The notes under the pieces: generated by a model
What the model was told of the DNA's origin: nothing
Database searches by the model: none
What the model saw: only the letters and a program-made list of their open reading frames with translations
From: Malacoraja senta
Taxonomy: Eukaryota
Direction of reading: 5' to 3'
DNA: 64,000 bases
Assembly: GCA_038087875.1 (NCBI GenBank)
Contig: JAXLNO010000053.1
Coordinates: 1 to 64,000, forward strand
Made by a program: the position numbers and the translations under genes
Part shown: positions 25,033-39,124 of the stretch, one piece after another
How positions within the stretch are numbered: the stretch's first letter is position 1
Layout: each line of letters starts with the position of its first letter

Positions 25033-28000
25033 TTACTGATCCCGTTTAGTTGATGCACAAATTTCTATTACTTCGTAGCTTCTCAGCCCCCTTTACAACC
25101 GCTTTCTTTACAATGCCTACATTGTCCTTTCACAATACCCACATGTACATGGTACTAATTTCTCAGCTTTGAGCAAATGAATCTAACCTGCAGTAAATTT
25201 ACTATGCACTTTTAAACATCACTATTTTATTTTAAACATTCAGCAATATTGCACCTCAGCTTTATGCAAAACTATAGCAAAATGCTAGTTTAAGGGCCCC
25301 AGTGTGCATTTCCATTACAAATATTTAAAGATTTGCCTTTATATGTCTTTCCGTGGCAGATCACCCCCAAGTAGTTTACAAATCAATACTTTCTTCCAAA
25401 GTGCAGCCATTGCACAAATATAGAAATTGAAGTATTTAATTTGTGCAGAGCAAGCTTTCCTGTAAAAGCAATAGGACAATGATCTCATGTACATATATTA
25501 CTCAGTAAACTACCATGGATTTTAATAGATATTTGGACAGATGGGTGGTGTTCAGAAGGCTGTGGGCCAAATGCAGACAAATGCGGCAAATAAGCCAACT
25601 TGGTCAGCCCTATAAGCCAACAAGATGGGCCGAAGCGCCCGATTCTGTGCTGTATATAACTACGACCACTATGGAATTTCTATCAAATTTTAAAAACAGC
25701 TGCCATTTACTCAATAATTAGCAACTATACCATCAAAATTCCTTAAGAGCATTTTTTCAAAACGGAGAAAAAAAGTGCTATTTTCAAAAAAATAACCATA
25801 CCATTTGATAATCATCAATTCACTTGTGTAGGGCCACATATAAATTGAATTAAATTGTAATAATATAGCTCCTACCATGACCTCCAGACAACAAGTGTTT
25901 CATTGGATGTGAAGCACTTGAATACAGTAGTTGAATACAGAATGCTGTACTAAGTACAAACATTAACACATAACTAAGGATAATGCTAGCACTTGAGTAC
26001 TTAATATAGCATTCACAAAAATGTTTCATCACTCACATGCAGTATTACATTCCATTAACCATATATTAGAATACTCAGAATTTTGGGACAGATATTGTAT
26101 CACCTTTATTTACAACTATGAATCTTCAAGTCTACAAATCCCAATCATGCCTTAGTATTTCTTTTAGTTTAAAAATAGGCCATTAAGTTGGTAATCTAAT
26201 CAATTGACCAACAATTTGCTTGGATCACTTGCCATTTCTTCAAACTCCATATACAGCTGATATATCCCTCCCCACTCTCCCACAAATACAGAAAACAGGT
26301 ATTGGTTTATCGTTACGTGTACCAAGTTAGTGAAAAACTTTGTGCACTGTCCAGGCAAATCATACTATACTCAAGTACATCAAGTGGTGCAGAGAGAAAA
26401 AGAGTTTGCAGAATATAGTCTTACATCTACAAAGAAAGTGCAATTACAAAAAGAGTGCAAGGGACACAACGAGGTAGATTGTAATATCAGGAAACACATC
26501 CCTAGCATACAAGAGATCCGACAAGAGCTGATAATGGTGGGGTGGAAGCTGGCCTTGAACATGGTTGTATGTGGTTTCAAGCTTTATATCTTCTGCTCAA
26601 TAAGAGAGGGAAGAGGCAATGACTGGGGTATGAGTGGTCCTTCATCATACTGGCTGCTTTCGTGGCATTGTGAAGTATAGATCAAGTCAATGGGGGTTGA
26701 GGCTGGTTTGTATCATGGATTAAGCTGCATTCACAACTCTTGCAATTTCTTGCAATGTTGGGGAGTGCAGCTGTCTCACCAAGTTTGATGCATTCATATA
26801 GGACACTTTCCATATTTATACACGTAGCATTTCTATAAAGAATGGATTCCTTTTCCACCATTTACGTGGGCAGGGATGTGATATATGAAGCCAGGCAAAG
26901 GCAAGTAGGACTTGCTCAGTTAGGCAACTTGGTCAGCATGGCAATTTGGCAAGCTCAATTTGGCAACAACAGGTTCTTGGTGGATAGGCAGTTCATTATC
27001 TCTATTTCACCCAACAGGCTTTCTCAGAAACAACGGTATCACAAGTTGATGAGGACTAACGCCCATAAAGAAAGATTAATATTTTGAAGACAATTACTGC
27101 TGATATTGTGATTAGTAGAAAACTGTACCCTTCCTTGCAAAGTATCCCATGTGTTCGAAAACCAACAGTTACAAGATGCTGGTGGTATGCACATTCATTT
27201 GTGTTACGTAGAAGATTGTAGCAGTAATGCTAGAGATAAAATCAACGGCAACTTTGATTACCAGGCTGCAGATCTATGGTCTCAAACACTTGTTCTGGAG
27301 TATGGTTTTGATGAATCAATTGAAAAACTTAGATCCTAATTTTTTTAAATCCTGTATCTAGTCATTTATCTGACCATCTCCCTTCACACAAGTATACGGA
27401 TACAATTGAAATGTGGACTACTGACCCAAAACTATTTCCTGCAATTCAGATTCTCGATGAATTGGTTCCTGCCTAAATGGATCTTTGGCTATCTGTGTCG
27501 GAAAGAATGTTGTGTAAGCACTTGGATTAACTGTCCGAGCCTTCTCCCAAAAAATGACGTTAAATATTTAGAGAGACAAAGGGGAAACTCCAAACATTTA
27601 AAGACATCCAATCATTTCAGTTTGACAATGGAATGTATTTATAATGAAGGAATTCACTACACTTTTCTGGAGATTTAAACTTCCTCAGTCAGACATGGAT
27701 TTTATTTTACAAAGATTTAGATTTAGATATTTATTTGTTGTCGTTTGAACCTAAGTTCAAACGAAATTCAAACGAAAAAGGTAACCAATGCAGTTGAACT
27801 ACAAATTGTTTAAAACTGTACTGACAAGATTCCCATAAAACTGACCTGACTGGTTTTAGAGCCCACAGACACCCAGCAAGAATAAATGCCAAACAGCTAA
27901 CTAAAAAACCTGGTTCTTAACACCTAAAATGTTTCAATGGTTTAAGTAGCTGATGTTTAAAATTTCATGTGACACTTCAAATTTCAGTTTCAGGGGAAAC

Positions 28001-28447
28001 ACAACATCATATGTTCATTAATACAAGCAAATTCTTGCTGTTCATTTAAAAAATAATATGCTATTTGTATATATCATGCAGAATTTTGAACTTTCCGTTT
28101 GATGTACTAATTGCGGAGAGCAACTATTTTAAGTATTAAATGGACCTTGTGCACTCAAACCCAGGAATAGTAAAAAGGTAGCTGGAAGAGGTTCAAAACA
28201 AAGTTTGAGTTTGTGTTCAGAATGTTCAAACAGCAACACCATCTTGGTGGAGGTTAATAAGAACTCGGAAGTTGTCTAGAGTGTTGGCCACACAGTTGCA
28301 TTTTACTCCTAAGGAGGCTTTGGCAAAGCAGCCCTCACCAGGTGGTGGGTTGTTTTCAACATTTATCCTGGGGGTTAATATTTGCTTTGGCAGCATCCAT
28401 AACTTCCAATTTTTTGATAATTTAGCACATTGTGGAAACAATTTTAA

Positions 28448-28527
28448 CTTAAAAAGTTACGAATAGGTGGAGGTATTGATTGAAGGAGTTTTCAATCAAT
28501 ACCTCCACCTATTCGTAACTTTTTAAG
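28448..28527. repeat. Perfect 37-bp inverted repeat with 6-nt spacer
   Basis: Arms 28448-28484 and 28491-28527 are exact reverse complements. Confidence 0.97.
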
Positions 28528-30269
28528 ATTAGATTGCTATATTGTTGTAAAACACTTAGGGAGTAGGATTCAAGATGAATTATTCCAGGATTCTGTTATT
28601 AATCATTACTCCTTTGTCATGCCTGTTCACGTTCCTCAAAGATTTGCTGTCTTAATACTTTTTGTGGAAACATATTTTAATTTCTGCCTTGAATGTTTGG
28701 CATGTTTTTCTGTGGGTCATTCATACCAATGCTTTGCTTATAAATCTTAATTCACAAATGCAAAAAGGATTTTGTCCCAATAAGAGGTAGAAACTAATAA
28801 TGTGATTTGCTTTTGTCACTTGCTTGGAGCTCTGCTATCAGATTAATGAAATGCCTGTTTTATCATTAAAGTGGCAGATTCTTATGAATACCAGAAATAC
28901 AGGATTTCAAATTCCAAACTTTAAATGTTTTAAACTGAAAAATTCTGTTAAGTTTTAAATTTAAGCACTTAGATGTTCCAATTGAACTTTCACCTTTGGA
29001 CTGAAGGTAAAATTAAGAGTGTGAATACAAATGAAATGCAGTTCACCTGTTAAGTTTTTTATTTTATCTTCTTTGAATGCAAAATTCAAATGGTAAGCTT
29101 TCAAATATAAATTATGCATTGGCTTGATAGATCACAATGAAATGTCAAGAACTCCAAAACACAACTCTGACACGAGAGAGGCGACGCACTTTCTACAGCC
29201 AAATAGGGGTAGGTATATAGTGTAAACGGTAAGGCACTAAGCAATGATGATGAACAGCAAGACATCAGTTTAAAGTCACTAATTCCCAGCCAATGGCAAC
29301 ACAGGTATATAGGGTGAAGAAAGCATATGACATGCTTACTTTCAAAGGTCAGGGAATATAATACAAAGGTTGGGACATTATGCTGTAACTTTACAAAACA
29401 TCAGTTAGATTGTAATTGACTTAGTGTGCAATTCTAGTCACTGCATTATAGGAAGAATGCAGTTGGCTGGAGGGGCTGCAGAGGAGATTCATGACGATTT
29501 TTCCTATATTGGAAGACTTTTGTTACAAGGACACCAGGCTTCTTTTCCCTGGACTGAAGGAGGACCAGATGTGACTTGATAGAAGCACCAACCACACTCC
29601 CAAACTCTCAACCTCGACCACTGAAGATGACTTGGGTTTCATATTTTGGAAATATCAGCATCTACATAATCCCCTCAAGTCATGCACCATCCCTACTTAG
29701 AAATAATACCTCTTTCACTGATACTAGTATAAATCCTGCAACTCCCTACTTACCAGAAGGTCTGCAGCTGTTCAAAGAAAGAGTTCATTAAAATATTCTG
29801 AAGGACAGTAATGAATACGGATTCAAATGCAATTAAATGCTGAGATTTAGGCAGACCAAGATCCATGTTATAGACAATCAGCAGTTCCAGTTGAAGCATT
29901 GTTTCTGTCTTCTCATTTTTTCTACTTTCCAGTCATCCCTCACCCAATGCTACCACATTTAATTTAATTCCACGAAAATTTAGTTCAGTCATCTACCATT
30001 ACTTTTAGCTGTAGTAAATATTATTTAAAAATTAGTCAAGTGAAAGATAAACTTAACAGAAAAGCTGTAGTGATGTATTTTGGTATGAAGAATAAGGAGA
30101 GACAAACGAGGTAGATTCTAAATGTGGCACTGAAAGAGGAAAATCTGAACATATACATAAATCTCAAATGCCAAGGCAGTTTGAGAAAGCTTTTTTAAAG
30201 TATCTTTGACTTCAAGATAAAGTATAGAAAGTGAAAATGTTTTATGAAGATTCTATATAAAACATCGGC

Positions 30270-31090
30270 ATATATATGTGTGTGTGTGTGTGTGTTTCTG
30301 CCTGTCTTGTGGGTGCCAGCCAGCCTTTGATTCGTTGCTACACCAACACCACACGCAGAAACGCCGAGATTTTTTCCATTTCGGTAGAGATTTCACTTTT
30401 CATTCCAAGTATCCACTCCTGATTAAATTTCGTCGTGTTTATGTACACATTTTTAATAAAATCCTTCTCCCCCCCCACCCCCAAAATTTCAAAATGTAAA
30501 AACAAAAACAGCTCTCACCCATAGAATGTTGGTGAACGTTCCATCGTGTGATGTCACAATGCCCAATGCTCACATATGTCCAATCGGAATGGATTCATTT
30601 ACATATGGCGTTGCAGCAGCCCCAGCACCTCCCCCCCCCACCCTGTGTCGAAGCGCATCATCACGTGTGTGGGAATAGAGAAAGAGGATTGGGGGTGATA
30701 GGGAATGGGGAACAGATGGACTGTTCCTACCCACCCCCCTCCCCCTCCCCACTAATTCCCCTCCCCCCACCCCACTCCCCCCCCCTACCCCATCTCCCTC
30801 CTCCCCCCTTCCCCACACCTCTCTCCCCCTCCCCATCCCACTCTCCCTCTCCTCCCCCTCCCTCTCTCCCCACCCCCATCCCCTCCCCCACCCCCTCCCC
30901 TATCTCCCCCACCCCCTCCCCACTCTTCCCCCTCCATCCACACTCTTCCCCCTACCCCTATCTCTGCTCTCTCTCTCTCTTTGATCTTTATATTTTTCTC
31001 TGCCCTCTCTCTCTTCCACTCTCTCAAATATCCTCTCAAAACGTACGTAAATTAGGTCCGAGGGTTAAGCAATTTCATTACATTTAATAG
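30270..31090 (+). mobile_element. Helitron-like element related to A/B, termini not resolved
   Basis: (TG)n, then a core block homologous to 1640-1850 and 2100-2200 (CCACTCCTGATTAAATT...ATGTACAC...AATAAAATCC), then a C/T-rich tract. Confidence 0.55.
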
Positions 31091-32593
31091 TCTTGTAACA
31101 AACTGCTCCAAAAATTGTCTGGCTTAACTGAAGATCCATGTTTTGATTGAATTGAAAGATACAGCATGGAAACAGGCCTTTAGCCCACCTTGTCCATGTT
31201 GACCATCACACCAGTTCCGTGTGTCCCAATTTGCAGTGTTGTTATATTTCCCACATCTGCCCTCTAGTATATCTCCCAACCATAAAGACATCTTGAAAAT
31301 TATGCTCATAGACTCCTGTAGGCCTATTTCTTTCCCATGATTCTCAGATAGTGATCCAAAATATACATCATTGTGCCAGTTGATTGTCAAAACTTAAAGA
31401 CTGCAAATCTGGAGTGAAGCCTTAAATTTCATGGCTTTTGAACAGCAGAGGTATATGATCATTAAAGTGCAATAGAGCAGAGTCAATAGATGTTATACCA
31501 AACCTACCCTCTGGTAGCTTACTGTTAGAACCAAATGCATCTTAAGATATCTAGATGCATTTAATGTAAACAGATTTGTGCGCTATTCCATGGGAATGAT
31601 GAAAGTTATTGCTCCGAAAGAATTGATTTATTTATAGCTGCTATTAAACTACTACAGCTACTGAAATTAAAACAGTTTACCAGCATTGAACTCATGACAC
31701 CAAACAATGGTTTCCTTGGAATTATCTGCAAGTAGCATTGCCATGTTGAAGCCACTGAATGTATGCAATTTTGATTCTTTAGTCAAGTCATTCTTTAGTT
31801 TTCAGGATAGCTATAATTCAATATTTGATCTGTATCGCGTAGTTAGCAACATTAGGCAGTAGTAAAAAATAAAGAGTTTAGGAATTTCTCAAGTAGCACT
31901 CAAATATCAGGATGTTACTAGACATCAATTTTTTTTTAAATATTGCAGTCCGATGATACGCTTTGCAGCATGTTTCCATAAAGATTTGTACAGTCATTTT
32001 TATTTGGCAATAGACTTTGAACACAATTTGTTTTGCATGTTTGGGGTGGAGTATTCTAGAGTATTAAAATATTTTTAAACTATTACTAACCATGACAGAC
32101 GCGATAAAACTGGAAATCAAATACAATCTTGTTAATATGCATCGCCTTTCAATGAAGTTATATATTGATTATCCAAAGAGAATTAATGCAACACAACAGT
32201 TCTATAGAAAATATATTTGAGAAAAAAATCTTAATTATTTTAGATGTAATACATTTCTAATAAAGTCATTTTTCAAGAGTAAATGATGGTTAAAAGTCAA
32301 TTTACAGATCTCTAAATAGAAATGAAACTATTTTCAAACATATCAACATCATACTATTTCAAACATATCAACCATACTATTTCAAACATTGCATTTTGAT
32401 TTTTAACAACCCATGGGCATTGAAACAGGTAAGATTTCAGAGCTAAATTAGGTCATGACGAGTTCTGAAGCTCATATTTAATAGTCCATTCAAGAGTGTA
32501 AGGAGTACATCACCCTTGTAACACTTCAGGGTCTCCAACTTCTACAAGCAATAGCCCAGAGTGGTTACTCCATTGAATTATTTCTAAATGTTA

Positions 32594-33047
32594 CTAGACC
32601 AAGTGCAGACCCGTTGGGTCTGGTCCCCGAAAGTGCTTGACACCCCGGGGTGTTGTTCCCGAACGTGCTTCAGACCCCGGGGTGAAAATGTGCTGAAAAA
32701 AAGATGGCGTCGTTTTCGGAAAAAATAGGAGAAAATCGGCGAAAAAAAGATGGCGTCGTTTTCGGAGAAAATCGGGCAAAAAAAGATGGCGTCGTTTTCG
32801 GAGAAAATCGGAGACAATCGGAGAAAATCACATTGGGGTTGGGGGGGGGATGGATTTTTATTAAAAAACGTGTACATAAACAGGACCGAATTTAATCAGG
32901 AGTGGCTATTCGTAAAGATAAATGTCATCTCTTTGGAAATGGCGAAAAACGTGGGCCAGGGGCCGTATCAAAGGCCGCGCGGCAAAGTCAAGCAGGCCGT
33001 CGGACGTACAGACGGACGACAGCCAGAGAGTTTTAAAAGTATATAGA
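32594..33047 (-). mobile_element. Non-autonomous Helitron (B', solo copy)
   Basis: 5' TC, 3' hairpin plus CTAG, inserted between A and T without TSD; internal ~33-43-bp repeats. Confidence 0.88.
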
Positions 33048-34199
33048 TACTGGAGGCACCAGAAGGGGGGGAGTGTTCTATATGACCAGCCAAGAGAAAG
33101 CCATGACAGTTAAGCAACAGTGTCAGTAAGTTGACCATCAGCAAGTCAATTATAGAACAAATCAGTGATTTTGTAATGCAGGTCCCAAAAATCAAGGAGT
33201 TGGGAGGGCTGAAGCTCAGGCATCTATTGGATATGGGAAAGCCAAGCACAATTTTCTGAAAATAAAACGTTGCATCTTTTTGTGAAATGTCATATGTGCC
33301 TGAACTCTAAAACACAAGTTTAAATCAAAATACATTTTACGTAATTCCAGAGCCAATTTTGTGAACAGTGAACATTTAGTTCCATTTATGAACAATTGGT
33401 TTATTCTTTGCAGTTCCCACAATCACATTTTCAACAACTGGCTCCTTATCAAAACACAAAGTTCTGGAGGAACTCAGCGGGTCAAGCAACATCATTGGAG
33501 GGAATAGGCAGATGTTTCAGGTTGGGACCCTTACTCAAACTGCTCAAGATTTCAGCATCTGCAGCTTGTGTCTACACAGTATTAATCAAACTTATATGCC
33601 TTTTAGGTAGCATGTATACTTTATTACCTAATCTGCCTTGCAATTTTCAACGTACATTCCCACGTCGCTCTATACTTGCACCATATATCCTCAAAGGTAC
33701 ACTGCCTCCCCATGTTCCCTTTAATGCACATTGTTTCACACTTACAACAATGCCATCCTAAACCTAGATACCATACAGTCTGCTCTTAACAGTAGAACAC
33801 TAATTGATTATTCAAAATTGCAAGCACTCTATTCCTACTTGACCATTTAAAATGCTTGGAAAAAAAATCTTTTTTTTTTAAACCACACACACACACAAAC
33901 TATTTAGAACATGGTTTGCGACATATCAATAATGCTGCATTTGAAAATTGAAGCAAATAGTATCCATCCAAGGACAAAAAGAGCAAGTCGCAGGCCCCAG
34001 TTCAAAAAACAGATACCCTGCCCAAGTAACTCCAACTTTGATAAAAATGACCTCCCACTGGAAAGTGGTAGAACTATCCTTCCTAGACTTACAGAAGTTT
34101 AACACAACTTCAAATTCAACACCACTGCATAATAAAGCCATGAATAATCAGCATAAAACAGTAGATAATTTGAAAGATCCTTCCTTGGCCTCCTTGTGC

Positions 34200-34270
34200 A
34201 GCACAGTGGCATAGCGGTAGAGTTGCTGCCTTACAGTGCTTGCAGCAGCGGAGACCCGGGTTCAATCCAG
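34200..34270 (+). mobile_element. tRNA-derived SINE head (V-SINE/HE1-like); related pieces at 41440-41560 (+) and 45590-45750 (-)
   Basis: A box TGGCATAGCGG and B box GGTTCAATCC; no tRNA cloverleaf. Confidence 0.65.
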
Positions 34271-34729
34271 AACCTTTTTTATTGTTTTTATGGCATTCTA
34301 TCATTTTCTTTCTACATAGTCATTCACTACTTGGTCTCAATGCAAATCTACTTTATTCCAAAACGACAGTAAAACTAAGAATCAGGTTCCAAGAACTCTG
34401 GTGCCACACTTAGACTTAGACTTAGATTCCTTTATTGTCATTCAGACCTTTCGGTCTGAATGAAATTTCACCAGAATATTTCCCCAACTACTAGATTTTA
34501 GTTCCATTCACACCCGAACACATTCAATTTTCTTAAATATCACATGGTAGTTTAATAAATCTTCCTGTGAACCTAGGGAGTAAAGAGCACAGGAAACAAG
34601 GTACCAATGAACTTAAAGGTAGCTTAGGGAATGATGCCTTATTGAGTTTAAAGGAAATGCTGGAAGCAGAAACAGAGCCTTGGCAAGTTTAAAAGGAATG
34701 CTGGAAACAGGACTGTTGTGTATTTAAAG

Positions 34730-35167
34730 CAGGGGTCGGCAACCTTGTTCTGCATAGGTGCCAGGACGCATGTCTGTGAGCAGATGGCGGGCCACATCTA
34801 TCACGTGGACACATGGATCCCGCCCCGGATGGCAGGCATCAAATCACGTGTTCATAGAAGGTAGACAAAAAAGCTGGAGAAACTCAGCAGGTGAGGCAGC
34901 TTCATGCAATCCTTGCATGTCTCACCCGCTGAGCTTCTCCAGCATTTTTGTCTACCTTCCATTTTTCCAGCATCTGCAGTTCTTTCTTAAGTGTGTTCAC
35001 AAAAGGTGCCAGGCCGTGCCGACAACTTTGCACGGGATGTGGTACAGCCAGAGCTCGGCCGTGCTCTCGGGGCGGACGCTCGGCCACACTTGGGGCGGGC
35101 CGGATGATTACGGGGAAAAAAATCCGCCTGTGGGCCGGATGATTTCGGGTTACGGATCCGACCCCTG
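34730..35167. mobile_element. hAT-type MITE
   Basis: TIRs CAGGGGTCGG/CCGACCCCTG; 8-bp TSD ATTTAAAG (34722-34729, 35168-35175). Confidence 0.9.
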
Positions 35168-36199
35168 ATTTAAAGCAAGCACAGGAAACCAAGCCTGGTG
35201 AACTGGATGCCACACCAAATTACACTGTATATGCAAAGTGTCCGACAATGACCACCTCTACTGATGATCAGTAACCACTCACCCTTGACACTGCAGATAG
35301 AAGGGAGAACAGCATGAAACCAAGGTGTAGAAAAGATAGCAGGCTGGAAAATCTGCAGTACGACTCGTCCTCTGATACTTTAAAGGCTTTTTACATGCAC
35401 AATTTACATGTTAGTTGTGTAATCTTGTGCCAACTTGCCAGAACAAAACAGTTCACTGGACTGATATCTCAATCCCCACACTATTTATTTCCTCCTCCAC
35501 CATCAAAACGTAGCTGCAGTAAGCATCATCTACAAAATACACTGAAGTTGTTTACATAGACTACATTAACCTTGCCCAATCACACAATCTTCACTACTAA
35601 AGAAAGGAGCAATCATCCCAAGTCCAGGTTCCCCTCCAAGTCACATTCTATCTCAACTTAAAAAATACATTACAGCTCCATTCTCACCTGGTGCTATTTC
35701 TTGAACACATTCCACAATGTTAAAAATACAAACATTTTAGTTGAAAATATTGGAGGACTCAAGCAGGACTGTAGCAGAATATTCATTAATGATTGCACTC
35801 ATTGTTAATTAAATCTCATTAAAAAAAAAATTAAATCTGCTTCAAACAAGTTACATTTTTTAGTTTTTGCTCAAACAAAACAATTACTGTTCATGTTCCA
35901 AATCCAAGAAAATCTGAGATATCATCCTCCAAATGTTTTATATAATTTACAATTTTAAAAGCATCCATATTCCCAGAGGCACGTTAAAAACGAATGAACT
36001 TATTCTATACTATTTCTTCTCTCCAGAGATGCTGCCTGTCCTGCTGAGTTATTCCAGCATTGTGTCTACCTTGTTCGATATCAAAATATTTTATAATTTA
36101 ATATCAAATAGGGTGAAGCCGTACTGTTTTTTTAACATTCAAATCACCAAATAAACTTAAATAACAAACTGCTCAGGGCCTAAATTTGTGACTGATCAT

Positions 36200-37037
36200 T
36201 CGAGTATAGAAGAGAGATCGAGCAACTGTCCATATGGTGCCAGCACAATAACCTGGCCCTCAACACCAGCAAAACCACGGAACTGATTGTGGACTTTGGA
36301 AGGAGTAGGATGGGGACCCACAGTCCTGTTTATATCAACGGGTCGATGGTTGAAAGGGTCAAGAGCTTCAAATTCCTGGGCGTGCACATCTCTGAAGATC
36401 TTTCCTGGTCCGAGAACACTGATGCCATTATTAAGAAAGCACATCAGCGCCTCTACTTCCTGAGAAGATTATGGAGAGTCGGCTTGTCAAGGAGGACTCT
36501 CTCTAACTTCTACATGTGCACAGTAGAGAGCATGCTGACCGGTTGCATCATGGCTTGGTTCGGCAACTTGAGCGCCCTGGAGAGGAAAAGACAACAAAAA
36601 GTAGTAAACACTGCCCAGTCCATCATCGGCTCTGACCTCCCTTCCATCGAGGGGATCTATCACAGTCGCTGCCTCAAAAAGGCTGGCAGTATCATCAAGG
36701 ACCCACACCATCCTGGCCACACACTCATCTCCCTACTACCTTCAGGTAGAAGGTACAGGAGCCTGAAGACTGCAACGACCAGGTTCAGGAATAGCTACTT
36801 CCCCACAGCCATCAGGCTATTAAACCTGGCTCGGACAAAACACTGAACTTAATTAGCCAATTAACTGTTATTTGCACTTTATCAGTATATTGATTCATGT
36901 GTGTATATATTTATAGAATGGTATATGGACACACTGATCTGTTTTGTAGTCAATGCCTACTATGTTCTGTTGTGCTGAAGCAAAGCAAGAATTTAATTGT
37001 CATATCAGGGACACATGACAATAAACTCACTTGAACT
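36200..37037 (+). mobile_element. Rex1/Babar-type LINE 3' end
   Basis: ORF 36289-36846 VERVKSFKFLGVHISEDLSW..KKAHQRLYFLRRL..LPSGRRYRS..RFRNSYFPTAIRLLN; AATAAA tail. Confidence 0.88.
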
Positions 37038-37149
37038 CGAGTCTCAACGCCAGTAATCTATAAACTAACATACATTATGTGAAAATGCAGTAGAAACATC
37101 ATGCAAGGGCAAATACAATTAAGCACGATATCCAAAGTGTACCTTTACT

Positions 37150-37369
37150 CAGGGCCGTCTTAACGCATGGGCATGCTGGGCAGTTGCCCGGGGCCCCACG
37201 AGCATAGGGGCCGCATGCTAATCTATGTATTGTGGAGTGTAGAGCATGAAAACGGAGAACATCCCAAGTGCATGACGGCATATTTGATTCGGCATAAAGG
37301 AACTGGAAGTGTAGGGGCCCCAGTGCACTGCTTTGCCCAGGGGCCTATAATGCTGTTAAGACGGCCCTG
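37150..37369. mobile_element. hAT-type MITE
   Basis: 15-bp TIRs CAGGGCCGTCTTAAC; 8-bp TSD CCTTTACT (37142-37149, 37370-37377). Confidence 0.92.
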
Positions 37370-37507
37370 CCTTTACTGTTGTGAAAATGACACAGTCCAT
37401 CACTGAAATGCATGGAAAGAGTGAGGTTTTTGTATTGCATGGGCAGCTCATGTACTTCACCATAATGGGATTCTTTTGAGTGAGCATTATTTGAGTGACA
37501 TGCTTAA

Positions 37508-39124
37508 TAGTACCCACCATAATGTTTGGGTCAAAAACCCATCATTTATTTGCCTCTGTACTCCACAATTTGAGATTTGTAATAGAAAAAAAAAATCACA
37601 TGTGGTTAAAGTGCACATTGTCAGATTTTAATTAAGGCCATTTTTATACATTTTGGTTTCACCATGTAGAAATTACAGCGGTATTTATACATAGTGCCCC
37701 CCCCATTTCAGGGCACCATAATGTTTGGGACACTGCAATGTCATGTAAATGAAAATAGTCGTGTTTAGTATTTTGTGCATATCCTTTGCATGCAATGACT
37801 GCTTGAAGTCTGCGATTCATGGACAGCACTTCTCTGGTGATGCTCTGCCAGGCCTGTTTTGCAGCTACCTTTAGCTTATGCTTGTTTTGGGGGCTAGTCC
37901 CCTTCAGTTTTCTCTGCAGCATATAAAAGGTATGCTCAATTGAGTTCAGATCGGGTGATTGACTTGGCGACTCAAGAATTTACCATTTTTTTAGCTTTGA
38001 AAAACTCCTTTTTGCTTTAACAGTATGTTTGGGATTATTGTCTTGCTGTAGAATGAACCACCGGCCAATGAGTTTTGAGGCATTTGTTTGAACTTGAGCA
38101 GATAGGATGTGTCTATACACTTCACAATTCATTATGCTACTACCATCAGCAGTTGTATCATCAATAACAATAAGTGAGCCTGCACCTTCAGCAGCCATAC
38201 ATGCCCAGGCCATAACATCCCCACCACCGTGTTTCACAGATGAGGTAATATGCTTTGGATCTTGGGCAGTTCCTTCTCTCCTCCATACTTTGCTCTTGCC
38301 ATCACTCTGACATAAGTTCATCTTCATCTCATCTGTCCACAAGACCTTTTTTCCAGAACTGTGGTTGATCTTTTAAGTACTTCTAGGCAAACTGTAACCT
38401 GGCCATCCTAGTTTTGTGGCTAACCAGTGGTTTGCATCTTGCAGTGTAGCCTCTGTATTTATGTTCATGAAGTCTTCTGCGGATTCATACCCGACTCCTG
38501 AAGAGTGTTTCTGATCTGTCGGACAGGTGTTTGGGGATTTTTCTTTATGAAAGAGAGAAAATTATTCTGTCATCAGCTGTGGAGGTCTTCATGGCCTGCC
38601 AGTCCCTTTGTGATTAGTAAGCTCACCAGTGCTCTCTTTCTTCTTAATGATGTTCCAAACAGTTCATTTTGGTAAGCCTAAGGTTTGGCTGATGTCTAAC
38701 AGTTTTACTCTTGTTTCTCAGTCTCATAATGGCTTCTTTGACTTTCTTTGGCACAACTTTGGTCCTCATGTTGATAAACAGCAATAAAAGTTTCCAAAGG
38801 TAATGGAAAGACTGGAGGAAAGACTAGGCGCTGAGAACTCTCTTATGCCTGCATTAAGGAGAATTTTAAACACACCTGAGCAATTACAAACACCTGTGAA
38901 GCCACGTGTCCCAATCATTACGGATGCCCTGAAATGGGGGGACTATGTATAAACACTGCTGTAATTTCTACATGGTGAAACCAAAATGTATAATAACATC
39001 TTTAATAAAATCTGACAATGCACACTTTAACCGCGTGATTTTTTTCTATTACAAATCTCAAATTGTGGAGTACAGAGGCAAATAAATAAATGTGTCTTTG
39101 TCCCAAACATTATGGGGGGCACTG
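37508..39124 (-). mobile_element. Tc1-family transposon (IR-DR type), full length with decayed transposase
   Basis: ~230-bp TIRs starting CAGTGCCC.CCATAATGTTTGGGAC with an inner direct repeat; TA at 39125-39126; ATG at 38769; WTDE, VKHGGG, QQDNNPKH and frameshifted SPDLNSIE motifs. Confidence 0.92.

Noticed and set aside
34200..34270. tRNA gene
   Set aside because: A and B boxes are present but there is no cloverleaf; matches the SINE heads elsewhere in the window
37980..38342. Active Tc1 transposase
   Set aside because: Frameshifts and deletions separate the catalytic motifs
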